From an uncultured Alphaproteobacteria bacterium (GTDB taxonomy: Bacteria > Pseudomonadota > Alphaproteobacteria > Rhizobiales > Methyloligellaceae), in contig CAVULQ010000005.1 in assembly GCA_963742355.1 (NCBI GenBank), forward strand, positions 774,065 through 806,064: a DNA stretch of 32,000 bases, given 5' to 3'. This document shows, piece after piece, positions 15,431 through 22,833 of the stretch. The translations under genes and the position numbers were made by a program. Below the pieces are notes generated by a model, which was given only the letters and a program-made list of their open reading frames with translations, had not been told where the DNA came from and made no database searches. Each line of letters starts with the position of its first letter. Position 1 is the stretch's first letter.

Positions 15431-15690
15431 TTCCTTCGCCCTTTGGTTGAAATCCCTGAGATCCACTAAGTAGCGCCGGACGATAGCAGAAGGCGGGGAG
15501 TTGCGGTGTGGATCAATATCGCCGCGATTGAAGTCTTGCTCGCCGAGATTCCGGGCTGGACCGTTTGGTGAATCGCAGGGGTTCTCCAGTCCCTTCTTGA
15601 AGGCGGGGCGCCTGCCGCAGATCGAGCCGGGATCGGCCGCTACGTCTCCGGCCATTAACCATTGCAACGATTCCGTAGAGGACGACACAG

Positions 15691-16266
15691 ATGACCGTTG
15701 TGTTGATGACGGCGCCCGCCGTCGAGCCCATTTCGCTCGCCGAAGCCAAGGCGCATCTCAGACTCGACGCAAGCGATGAGGACGCGCTGCTCACCGCCCT
15801 CATCACGGCGGCGCGGATGTTCGTCGAGCGGACCCTCGGGGTCGCGCTCATCACCCAGAGCTGGTCCTACTTTTTGGATTTCTGGCCGAGCGCGGGCTGC
15901 ATCACGCTGCCCATTCTGCCGGTCCAATCGGTGAGTGCAGTGAAGGTCCACGACGGTGCCGGTGGCTCCGTCACGCTCGACGCAGCGAGCTACGCCGTCG
16001 ATGCTCTGTCGGAGCCGGCGCGGCTTGTGCTGAAGGGCGCCGTTCCTTCGACGCAAGCGCGCGAGCTCAATGCGTTCGAGGTGGCGTTCGCCGCGGGCTA
16101 CGGCGACGAGGCAGATAATGTGCCGGGACCGATCCGCCACGCACTGAAACTCCTCGTCGCCCATTGGTTCGAACGGCGCGAGCCGGTCGCGCTCGGTCTC
16201 GTCGCGCAGGACGTGCCGACGACGATCGCGGCGCTTCTGCTTCCCTATCGCCGGTTACGGCTATGA
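15691..16266 (+). CDS. Head-tail connector (gp6-like, GTA g6)
   Basis: 191 aa. EPISLAEAKAHLRLDASDEDALLTALITAARMFVE is the typical gp6-like N-terminus. It ends in an ATGA overlap with the next gene. Confidence 0.85.
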   Translation: MTVVLMTAPAVEPISLAEAKAHLRLDASDEDALLTALITAARMFVERTLGVALITQSWSYFLDFWPSAGCITLPILPVQSVSAVKVHDGAGGSVTLDAASYAVDALSEPARLVLKGAVPSTQARELNAFEVAFAAGYGDEADNVPGPIRHALKLLVAHWFERREPVALGLVAQDVPTTIAALLLPYRRLRL

Positions 16267-16592
16267 CCGAGTTCCTGCCGAGCGAGCTCCGCCATCGTCT
16301 TATGCTCGAACAGCTCGAGCGGGTGGGCGATGACGGCGGCGGCTTCACCGAGAGTTGGGTCGAGGTGGCGACGCTGTGGTGCGACCTGCGCCCGCTTGCG
16401 GGCTCCGAGACGGTCGAAGCGGATCGCACCGCCGGCACCGTCAGCCACGAGATCGCGCTGCGCTATTTGCCCGGCGTCCTGCCTGCGATGCGCTTCCGCG
16501 AAGATGCGCGCGTATTTCACATCGTGAGCGTCATCAATGTCGATGAGCGCAATCGCTGGCTCAAATGTCTATGCGAGGAGCGCGACCTGTGA
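16263..16592 (+). CDS. Head-closure / head-tail adaptor protein (GTA g7)
   Basis: ATG at 16263 within track ORF 16164..16592. LRHRLMLEQ...GGGFTESWVEVATLWCDLRPLAGSE...SHEIALRY...RFREDARVFHIVSVINVDERNRWL is typical of the SPP1 gp16 / TIGR01563 family. Confidence 0.85.
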   Translation: MTEFLPSELRHRLMLEQLERVGDDGGGFTESWVEVATLWCDLRPLAGSETVEADRTAGTVSHEIALRYLPGVLPAMRFREDARVFHIVSVINVDERNRWLKCLCEERDL

Positions 16593-16939
16593 CGGCGGTC
16601 GAGATCACGGGGATCGAGGCGTTACGCCGGCGGTTCGAGGCCGCGAGCGCGACGGAAGCCTTCCAGAGCGCGTTGCGGGAAGAGGCCGAGGCAATTGCCG
16701 CCGAGGCCCGCCGCGAAGCGCCGGCTGCGTTCGCGCAAACCATCGCGGTCGAGGATGTGAGCCAAGGAGAGACGCTCGCGTTCGCCGTCGGTACGACCGA
16801 CCCGGCCGGCAGGGCGGCCGAGTTCGGCACGCTGATGCGGCCGGCCACGCCTTGGCTCTGGCCGATTGTTAAGGCCCGTTTACCGGCAATTAAGGACCGG
16901 CTCAGAAAACTGGCTCTTGCGGCTTCAAAGAGTCCCTGA
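16565..16939 (+). CDS. HK97 gp10-like tail-completion family protein
   Basis: Track ORF. Alternative in-frame starts are ATG 16571 and GTG 16589, the latter a GTGA overlap with the g7 stop. The C-terminal EFGTLMRPATPWLWP resembles the GTxxxPAxPFLxP motif of the gp10 family. Confidence 0.65.
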   Translation: MSMRGARPVTAVEITGIEALRRRFEAASATEAFQSALREEAEAIAAEARREAPAAFAQTIAVEDVSQGETLAFAVGTTDPAGRAAEFGTLMRPATPWLWPIVKARLPAIKDRLRKLALAASKSP

Positions 16940-17040
16940 GTCGGCGTGTGATCGCGAACTGGTGATGGGGGGCGGGGGGTTTTCAGCGTGCCGCACGCAC
17001 CCCATATGTTGGTTAACGCTTCTTACGTGGAGACCTGGCA

Positions 17041-17466
17041 ATGGCGGAAGTAGCAAGTTGGTCGCTCCAGCGCAGTGTCTATCAGGCGCTCGCCGGCTCC
17101 CCCGATCTGACGACGTTGCTCGGCGGGGCGCGGATCTATGACGACGCGCCGCAAGGCGCGGCCTTTCCCTTCATCACTCTCGGTCAGAGCGTGGTCCGCG
17201 ATTGGAGCAGGGGCACCGAGGACGGCGCCGAGCATGATCTTACGCTGCATGTCTGGTCGCGCGCCGGCGGCAAGAAGCAGGTGCACGAGATCATCGAGGC
17301 GATCAGGGCCGTGCTGCACGATCAGCCGCTCGTGCTGTCCGATCACTATCTGATCAACCTGCGCCACGAATTCTCCGAGGCACGGCTCGATCCTGACGGC
17401 GATACGTTTCACGGCATCGTGCGCTATCGCGCGGTGACCGAGCCCGAGCACGCGGTCGCGGCTTAG
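17041..17466 (+). CDS. DUF3168 tail terminator-like protein (GTA g8)
   Basis: 141 aa. VYQALAGSPDLTTLLGGARIYDDAPQGAAFPFITLG...LTLHVWSR is the typical DUF3168 pattern. Confidence 0.85.
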   Translation: MAEVASWSLQRSVYQALAGSPDLTTLLGGARIYDDAPQGAAFPFITLGQSVVRDWSRGTEDGAEHDLTLHVWSRAGGKKQVHEIIEAIRAVLHDQPLVLSDHYLINLRHEFSEARLDPDGDTFHGIVRYRAVTEPEHAVAA

Positions 17467-17527
17467 TCGCAGTCTCTTGCTTCATTCGTTCTAGCATGCT
17501 TCCTCTCGACCGAGTTCGAGGGGAGGG

Positions 17528-17998
17528 ATGCAGGGCGTGACCGTTTGGCGCAAAATAAAGGCTCTCGTCGATCACGTTCTGGGTGACGGCGAGCGCGCGG
17601 GCAATCTTCGCGAGGACGAGCTGCGGCTTGCCGCTGCAGCGCTTCTCATTCACGCCTCGATGATCGACGGCCATGTCGATCCCGAAGAAACCAAGAAGCT
17701 CAAGGCCCTGCTGCAATCGCGCTTTGCCATCGACGACGATGAGCTGCGCAAGACGTTGAAAGAGGCGGAAGCCAGGGAGCACGACTCGGTCGACCTCTAC
17801 AGTTTCACCAGCGTGCTCTGCCGGGGTCTCGACCAAGACGGTCGCCAGCGCATCGTCGAGATGCTGTGGGAGATCGTTCTGGCGGACGGTGTGCTGCATG
17901 AGTTCGAGTCGAACCTGGTGTGGCGCGCCTCCGAATTGCTCGGCGTCTCGACCCGTGACCGTGTGCGACTGAGGAAGCTCGTCGAGAGCCGGACGTAG
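17528..17998 (+). CDS. TerB-domain protein (tellurite-resistance TerB / DjlA-N-like) inserted in the tail module
   Basis: 156 aa with GGGGAGGG upstream. Two TerB-type repeats are present: AAALLIHASMIDGHVDPEE and IVEMLWEIVLADGVLHEFE. Confidence 0.8.
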   Translation: MQGVTVWRKIKALVDHVLGDGERAGNLREDELRLAAAALLIHASMIDGHVDPEETKKLKALLQSRFAIDDDELRKTLKEAEAREHDSVDLYSFTSVLCRGLDQDGRQRIVEMLWEIVLADGVLHEFESNLVWRASELLGVSTRDRVRLRKLVESRT

Positions 17999-18022
17999 CA
18001 GCGGGACAAGATCAGTGGATGA

Positions 18023-18051
18023 GGGCGGCCTCGAGCCGCCCTTTTTGTTTT
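18023..18051 (+). terminator. Strong intrinsic terminator after the TerB gene, 28 nt before the major tail gene
   Basis: GGGCGGC-CTCGA-GCCGCCC, followed by TTTTTGTTTT. Confidence 0.8.
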
Positions 18052-18078
18052 CGCGCTTCTCCAACATGAGGATCAGCC

Positions 18079-18495
18079 ATGACGGCGCAGAAGGGTAAGG
18101 ACCTTCTTCTCAAGGTCGATTCGAACGGGGCCGGGAGCTACTCGACGGTGGCGGGCTTGCGCGCCCGAACCGTCGCCTTCAACGCGGCCGCCGTCGACAT
18201 CACCGACCAGGAATCGACGGGACGCTGGCGCGAGCTCTTGGAAGGCGCCGGCATCAAGACGGCGCGCATCACGGGGAGCGGCATCTTCAAGGACGCCGCC
18301 TCCGACGAGACGCTGCGCTCTTATTTCTTCAATGGGACGATCCGCGCCTACCGCGTGATGGTGCCCGATCTCGGCACGGTCGAAGGCCTGTTCCAGATCG
18401 CGAGTCTCGAATATGGCGGCCAGCACGACGGCGAGGTGACGTTCGATTTGAGTCTCGAATCGGCAGGCGAGCTGACCTTCACGCCAGCAGCTTAG
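18079..18495 (+). CDS. Major tail (tube) protein, TP901-1 family (GTA g9)
   Basis: 138 aa. GKDLLLKVD...TVAGLRARTVAFNAAAVDITDQES..WRELL...ITGSGIF is the typical family pattern. Confidence 0.9.
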   Translation: MTAQKGKDLLLKVDSNGAGSYSTVAGLRARTVAFNAAAVDITDQESTGRWRELLEGAGIKTARITGSGIFKDAASDETLRSYFFNGTIRAYRVMVPDLGTVEGLFQIASLEYGGQHDGEVTFDLSLESAGELTFTPAA

Positions 18496-18506
18496 GGGAG
18501 GGGATC

Positions 18507-18863
18507 ATGGTCAATCGGCACAGGGGCGAGATCGAGGCCGTGCTCGACGGCAAGAGCTACCGGCTTTGCCTCACGCTCGGCGCGCTCGCCGAGCTCGAGC
18601 ACGCGTTCGGCGAGGACGACATGCTTGCGGTCGCTGAGCGCTTCGAGGCGGGCCGCATCGCCGCGCGCGATGCGATCAGGATGATCGGAGCTGGCCTGCG
18701 CGGCGCAGGCTACGAGATCGACGACGCGGCGGTCGCTGCCATGCGCGTCGAAGGAGGCGCCGCCGGCTTTGTCGACATCGTTGCCCGGCTACTCGCGGCG
18801 ACCTTCACCGCCGCCGCCCGCGAGGAGATCGGCCCTTTCGCAGGGAGCGCGCTCGCGGATTAG
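18507..18863 (+). CDS. GTA g10 tail assembly chaperone-like protein
   Basis: 118 aa. GEIEAVLDGKSYRLCLTLGALAELE is typical of GTA g10 family proteins, and the gene sits before the tape measure. Confidence 0.85.
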   Translation: MVNRHRGEIEAVLDGKSYRLCLTLGALAELEHAFGEDDMLAVAERFEAGRIAARDAIRMIGAGLRGAGYEIDDAAVAAMRVEGGAAGFVDIVARLLAATFTAAAREEIGPFAGSALAD

Positions 18864-18910
18864 AGGGGCAAGTTCACGCCAAGCCGGAGCCGTTCCCCTG
18901 GGATGAGGCG

Positions 18911-19072
18911 ATGGAGGCGGGACTTGGGGCCTTACGGCTTGCGCCTTGCGTGTTCTGGGCGATGACCCCGCGCGAGCTCGAGGCGGCGCTGCGCGGTGTC
19001 TTTGGCGTGCGCTCGCCGCTCATGTCACGGAGCGATCTCGCAGCGCTCATGGCTCTCTATCCAGATCAATAG
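18911..19072 (+). CDS. GTA g10.1 (rcc01693-like) small protein. The minimal ORF starts at the first ATG and may instead be made as a -1 frameshift extension of g10.
   Basis: Under the track cutoff. My translation is MEAGLGALRLAPCVFWAMTPRELEAALRGVFGVRSPLMSRSDLAALMALYPDQ. The family-like residues PFPWDEA lie upstream of this ATG in the same frame, and I found no ATG, GTG or TTG there. Confidence 0.65.
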   Translation: MEAGLGALRLAPCVFWAMTPRELEAALRGVFGVRSPLMSRSDLAALMALYPDQ

Positions 19073-19083
19073 AAACGCTCGTC

Positions 19084-19175
19084 ATGCCCGCGCAGGCGGG
19101 CATCCAGTAATCACTGACCCTCGCGATAGTGAAGCGTGGTGGTTACTGGATCGCCCGGTCAAGCCGGGCTATGAC
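19084..19175. repeat. Bipartite hairpin repeat (family 2), copy 1
   Basis: Hairpin ATGCCCGC-GCAG-GCGGGCAT, then CCAGTAA...TTACTGG, then hairpin GCCCGG-TCAA-CCGGGC, then TATGAC. Same architecture as 20457-20531. Confidence 0.7.
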
Positions 19176-19188
19176 AAAGGAAAAATCG

Positions 19189-19476
19189 ATGGCTGCGACA
19201 AACGATGGAATTTCCGTCCAGGTTGGCGCTGACATCGCGCCGCTTCGGAGCGCGCTCAGCGATGCGAGCCGGCTCAGCGGCAAGTTCGCCAACGACCTGA
19301 CGCGCGCATTCGAGGATGCTGCGATCAAGGGGCGCACTCTGTCCGACGTGCTCAAGCAGCTCGCTCTATCGCTATCGCGGCAGACGCTTCAAGCGGCGCT
19401 ATCGCCGATCACATCGATCTTCGCCAACGGCATCAGCTCTCTGTTAGGCGGTTTGGCGGCACCGCGCCCGTGGTAG
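19189..19476 (+). CDS. Tape measure protein (GTA g11), N-terminal segment
   Basis: ATG at 19189 follows AAAGGAAAAA. The protein begins MAATNDGISVQVGADIAPLRSALSDASRLSGKF. It ends at a TAG at 19474 where the reading frame of the second half begins. Confidence 0.7.
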   Translation: MAATNDGISVQVGADIAPLRSALSDASRLSGKFANDLTRAFEDAAIKGRTLSDVLKQLALSLSRQTLQAALSPITSIFANGISSLLGGLAAPRPW

Positions 19477-19748
19477 CGCATGCTCAAGGGGGCGTTATCG
19501 CTTCGCCCATCGCCTTCCCCTTGAGCGGGCAGAGATTAGGCGTCGCGGGCGAGGCGGGGCCGGAGGCGATCCTGCCGCTTACCCGCGGACGAGACGGGAG
19601 GCTCGGCGTCAGCGCCGACAGCGGCCAGCCGCCCGTCAACGTCACCTTCAACGTGACGGCGCAGGACGCCGAGAGCTTCCGCCGCTCGGAGGGCCAGATC
19701 GCGGCGATGCTTTCCCGCGTGGTCGGGCGCGGCAACCGGAATCTTTAA
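19470..19748 (+). CDS. Tape measure protein (GTA g11), C-terminal segment in the -1 frame
   Basis: The GTG start overlaps the upstream stop (GTGGTAG). GVAGEAGPEAILPLTRGRDGRLGV is the conserved GTA tape-measure core as I recall it. Confidence 0.7.
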   Translation: MVAHAQGGVIASPIAFPLSGQRLGVAGEAGPEAILPLTRGRDGRLGVSADSGQPPVNVTFNVTAQDAESFRRSEGQIAAMLSRVVGRGNRNL

Positions 19749-19753
19749 GTCCC

Positions 19754-19774
19754 CCTCTCCCCACTGGGGAGAGG
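19754..19774. repeat. REP-like hairpin (family 1)
   Basis: CCTCTCCCC-ACT-GGGGAGAGG followed by TGAAAC, between g11 and g12. Confidence 0.8.
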
Positions 19775-19795
19775 TGAAACAAGGTCTCGATAGCC

Positions 19796-20431
19796 ATGGC
19801 ATTTCATGAGGTGCGCTTTCCCGCGGGGATCTCACTTGGCGCAACGGGCGGGCCGGAGCGGCGCACGGAGATCGTCGTCGTCGGCTCGGGCGCCGAGGAG
19901 CGCAACAGCCGCTGGGCGGATTCGAAGCGCAGCTACAATGCCGGCTATGGCATCAAGAGCGCGAACGATCTGCACGACGTGATTGCCTTCTTCGAGGAGC
20001 GGCGCGGGCGGCTGCATGGCTTCCGCTGGAAGGATTGGTCGGATTACAAATCCTGCGCACCTTCCGCGACGCCGTCGACTGGCGACCAGGCGCTCGGCTT
20101 AGGAGACGGCGTCAACGCCTCGTTCCAGCTGGTAAAGATCTATGGCTCGAGCTTCGCGCCGTGGACGCGGACTATCGCGAAGCCCGTCGCAGCGGCCGTC
20201 ATGGTTGCGGTCGGCGGCGTCGCGGCCGATCCACTCGGCTACGTTGTCGACACGACGGCCGGCGTAGTGACGTTCACCGAGGCGCACATCCCGGGAAGCG
20301 GGCAGGCGGTGACGGCGGGGTTCGAGTTCGATGTGCCGGTGCGCTTCGACACCGACCAGTTCGAGATCAATCTCAACCAGATCGAGGCGGGCTCGATCCC
20401 ACATATTCCGATCGTCGAGATTCGCGTGTGA
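19796..20431 (+). CDS. GTA g12 (DUF2460 / TIGR02217 distal tail protein)
   Basis: 211 aa. MAFHEVRFP...GGPERRTEIV...SGAEERNSRW and the C-terminal FDVPVRFDTD are typical. Confidence 0.9.
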   Translation: MAFHEVRFPAGISLGATGGPERRTEIVVVGSGAEERNSRWADSKRSYNAGYGIKSANDLHDVIAFFEERRGRLHGFRWKDWSDYKSCAPSATPSTGDQALGLGDGVNASFQLVKIYGSSFAPWTRTIAKPVAAAVMVAVGGVAADPLGYVVDTTAGVVTFTEAHIPGSGQAVTAGFEFDVPVRFDTDQFEINLNQIEAGSIPHIPIVEIRV

Positions 20432-20456
20432 GGACCACGTTTCCAATCGTACGTCG

Positions 20457-20531
20457 CCCCGGCGGAAGCCGGGGTCCAGGGCGACATTCGGGGAGCTCGC
20501 GGTCCTGGATACCGGCTTTCGCCGGTATGAC
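20457..20531. repeat. Bipartite hairpin repeat (family 2), copy 2
   Basis: Hairpin CCCCGGC-GGAA-GCCGGGG, then TCCAGG...CCTGGA, then hairpin ACCGGC-TTTC-GCCGGT, then ATGAC. One frame reads ...IPAFAGMTE. Confidence 0.7.
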
Positions 20532-20547
20532 GGAGTAGGAGGCAAGC

Positions 20548-21444
20548 ATGAGGGTGCTTTCATCCGGATTGCAGGACCATCTCGATTCAGGCGCCACCAC
20601 GCTCTGCTGGTGTTGGCGCATCACCCGTAACGATGGCACCGGGCTCGGCTTCACCGACCACGACCGCGATCTCGATTTCGACGGAACGAGCTTCGAGGCC
20701 TCGACCGGCTTCACCGGTACCGAGATCGCGGGCTCGGTCGGCCTCAATGTCGATACGCTCGACGTCGAGGGCGCGCTCAAGTCCGAGCGGTTGAACGAGG
20801 CCAATCTCGCCGCCGGCCTTTACGACAATGCGCTGATCGAGATCTATCGGGTGAACTGGGAGGACCCGGCGCAGCGCGTGCTGATGCGCTACGGCAATCT
20901 CGGCGAGGTCAGCCGCGGGCAACATCATTTCAGCTGCGAGGTGAGGGGGCTTGCGCATGAGCTGCAGCAGCCCAAGGGCCGCATCGTGCAATATGGCTGC
21001 GATGCCGATCTCGGCGATCAGCGCTGCAGGATCAATCTCAACCAGCCGGCTTACCGCAGCGACGGCGGCGTGGTTGCGAACCTCAGTGGATCGTCCCGGC
21101 TGTTCGCGGCCTCGGGCCTCGACGCTTACGCCAACGATTGGTTCTCGCGCGGGCTCATCACCTGGCTCTCGGGCGCGAATGCGGGACGCACCGCTCAGGT
21201 GAAGGTGCACGTAAAGGCGAACGGCTCGGTCGGCATCGAGCTCTGGCAGCGCACGAGCGAGACGATCGCGCCTGGTGATCAGTTCAGCATCGTCGCGGGT
21301 TGCGACAAGCAATTTTCGACCTGCAAGGCGAAGTTCGACAATGTCGCCAACTTCCGCGGCTTCCCGCATGTGCCGGGCAACGACTTCATGCTGAGTGTCG
21401 CGACCCGGCAGGGCAAGAACGACGGCAACAGCCAATTCAGCTGA
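20548..21444 (+). CDS. GTA g13 (DUF2163 / BR0599-family hub protein)
   Basis: 298 aa. TTLCWCWRITRNDGTGLGFTDHDRDLDFDG and the C-terminal GCDKQFSTCKAKFDNVANFRGFPHVPG are hallmark segments. Confidence 0.9.
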   Translation: MRVLSSGLQDHLDSGATTLCWCWRITRNDGTGLGFTDHDRDLDFDGTSFEASTGFTGTEIAGSVGLNVDTLDVEGALKSERLNEANLAAGLYDNALIEIYRVNWEDPAQRVLMRYGNLGEVSRGQHHFSCEVRGLAHELQQPKGRIVQYGCDADLGDQRCRINLNQPAYRSDGGVVANLSGSSRLFAASGLDAYANDWFSRGLITWLSGANAGRTAQVKVHVKANGSVGIELWQRTSETIAPGDQFSIVAGCDKQFSTCKAKFDNVANFRGFPHVPGNDFMLSVATRQGKNDGNSQFS

Positions 21445-21452
21445 GTGTGGAC

Positions 21453-22145
21453 TCAAGTCCCCTTTTGCTTGGCGGGGAGGGGGAAGGTGCGGAGGTCTGC
21501 GGCGGCTTCCGGGTATTTGACAGCGAGCGCCTCGATATTGCCCATCTCGACATCTTGCGCCGGATCGACGCCAGGCCATTCGGTGCTCGCGCCTAGGAAC
21601 CAGCGCTTCTTGCCGGTGACGCGCGCGGTGTGGAACGTGCCGCCGGGTATGAAGAGCTGCACCAGCTCGCCGCCCGGGAGATTCGGCCCGACCACGACCA
21701 GCTCGCTCGTGCCGCCTTCGTGCAGCAACAACACCTCGATCGGGTCGCCGAGATAATAATGGTAGAGCTGATCGTTCTCGATGCGGTGGAGCTTCACCGG
21801 CGCCTCGGGCGTCACCATGAAATAGAGCGCCGAGCCTAACGGGCGTCCGCCCTCGAACGGGGCGGGCAATCCGCCCGGCGCGATGTTTAGCTCGCTCTTG
21901 TAGGTCTCGCGCACGAAGCCGCAGGTCGCATTCGGCTCGAGCTTGAGCAGCGTCCTGATCTCGTCGGCGGTGGTATTTTCGGGCACAGGCTTTTCCGGAT
22001 TGACGAGAGACGGCTGTTGATCGGGCGTCGGCACCGTAGCCCCGGCGCTGGCGAGCGTCGGCGTCAGCATAGCAGCACCGGCAACGCTCGCGCCCTTGAG
22101 AAAGTTGCGGCGCGCAATCGGGGTCTCGTCATCGCCTTCGAGCAT
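21453..22145 (-). CDS. Tat-exported DUF985 cupin protein, antisense between g13 and g14
   Basis: Track ORF 21453..22238. I prefer the Met at 22145 (MLEGDDETPIARRNFLKGASVAGAAML), which gives a twin-arginine signal. The cupin core is SALYFMV...LHRIENDQLYHYYLGDPIEVLLL...LFIPGGTFHTA. Confidence 0.75.
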   Translation of the reverse strand: MLEGDDETPIARRNFLKGASVAGAAMLTPTLASAGATVPTPDQQPSLVNPEKPVPENTTADEIRTLLKLEPNATCGFVRETYKSELNIAPGGLPAPFEGGRPLGSALYFMVTPEAPVKLHRIENDQLYHYYLGDPIEVLLLHEGGTSELVVVGPNLPGGELVQLFIPGGTFHTARVTGKKRWFLGASTEWPGVDPAQDVEMGNIEALAVKYPEAAADLRTFPLPAKQKGT

Positions 22146-22247
22146 GGCGGCAGCCCTCGCAAGCACTGGCTCGGCGCCGCCCTTATCCGACGGGCGGGGC
22201 GCCGAGGCAACGGCATGATGAAGTCTACCCCAAGTCATGTTGCAGTC

Positions 22248-22721
22248 ATGATTCTACGCAGCGCTATCGTTAAGGCCGCTCGCGGCTGGCTCGGCACGCC
22301 CTATCACCATCAGGCGAGCTTGCGCGGCGTGGGCTCAGACTGTCTCGGCCTTATCAGGGGAATCTGGCGCGAGCTGTACGGCGAAGAGCCGGAGGCCATG
22401 CCGCCCTACACGCAAGACTGGGGGAGTGCCACGGGCTCGGAGACTCTGCTCGCCGCCGCGTCACGGCATCTGGTGAAGCTCGCCGATGTGAGCGCCGCGG
22501 TGCCGGGCGACGTGCTGGTGTTTCGCATGCGCGATAGCGGCGTTGCCAAACGCGCGGGGATTCTCACCGGCCCTTCGCGGCTGGTGCACGCGCAAGAAGG
22601 GCTGGGCGTGGTCGAAATCTCGCTTGGACTTTGGTGGCGGCGACGCGCCGTTGCGGCCTTTCAGTTTCCTGGAGTTGAATTAACCTCTTCCCGCCGGGGA
22701 GAGGTCGGCGCGCAATCTTAG
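22248..22721 (+). CDS. GTA g14 NlpC/P60 cell-wall peptidase
   Basis: ATG at 22248 within track ORF 22017..22721. ARGWLGTPYHHQASLRGVGSDCLGLIRGIWREL carries the catalytic Cys motif. The C-terminal codons run into a REP hairpin. Confidence 0.85.
   Translation: MILRSAIVKAARGWLGTPYHHQASLRGVGSDCLGLIRGIWRELYGEEPEAMPPYTQDWGSATGSETLLAAASRHLVKLADVSAAVPGDVLVFRMRDSGVAKRAGILTGPSRLVHAQEGLGVVEISLGLWWRRRAVAAFQFPGVELTSSRRGEVGAQS
22684..22704. repeat. REP-like hairpin (family 1)
   Basis: CCTCTTCCC-GCC-GGGGAGAGG, at the very end of g14. Confidence 0.7.
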
Positions 22722-22760
22722 TTTGCGCTACCGCTTCGCTGCTTGAGCGCATCGCGCGCC

Positions 22761-22821
22761 GGGCGAGGGGGCTACCGACTCCCGATCCCTCACCCCAACC
22801 CTCTCCCCAGCGGGGAGAGGG
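22761..22821. repeat. Composite REP-like element (family 1), mirror arrangement of 14881-14944
   Basis: GGGCGAGGGG...CCCTCACCCC followed by CCCTCTCCCC-AGC-GGGGAGAGGG (22799-22821), just before the g15 start. Confidence 0.8.
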
Positions 22822-22833
22822 GGAGTCATTTTG

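Noticed and set aside
7001-16998. Possible shared operator: AGCGT-G-ACGCT (7001-7011) and GCGTGC-C-GCACGC (16986-16998)
   Set aside because: There are only two short GC-rich palindromes, with different spacing and half-sites. That is expected by chance in GC-rich DNA.
14881-22821. Recurrent GGGGAGAGG-type palindromes considered as a possible CRISPR array
   Set aside because: The copies are kilobases apart and irregularly spaced, each is itself a hairpin, and no cas genes are present. They are REP-like dispersed repeats.
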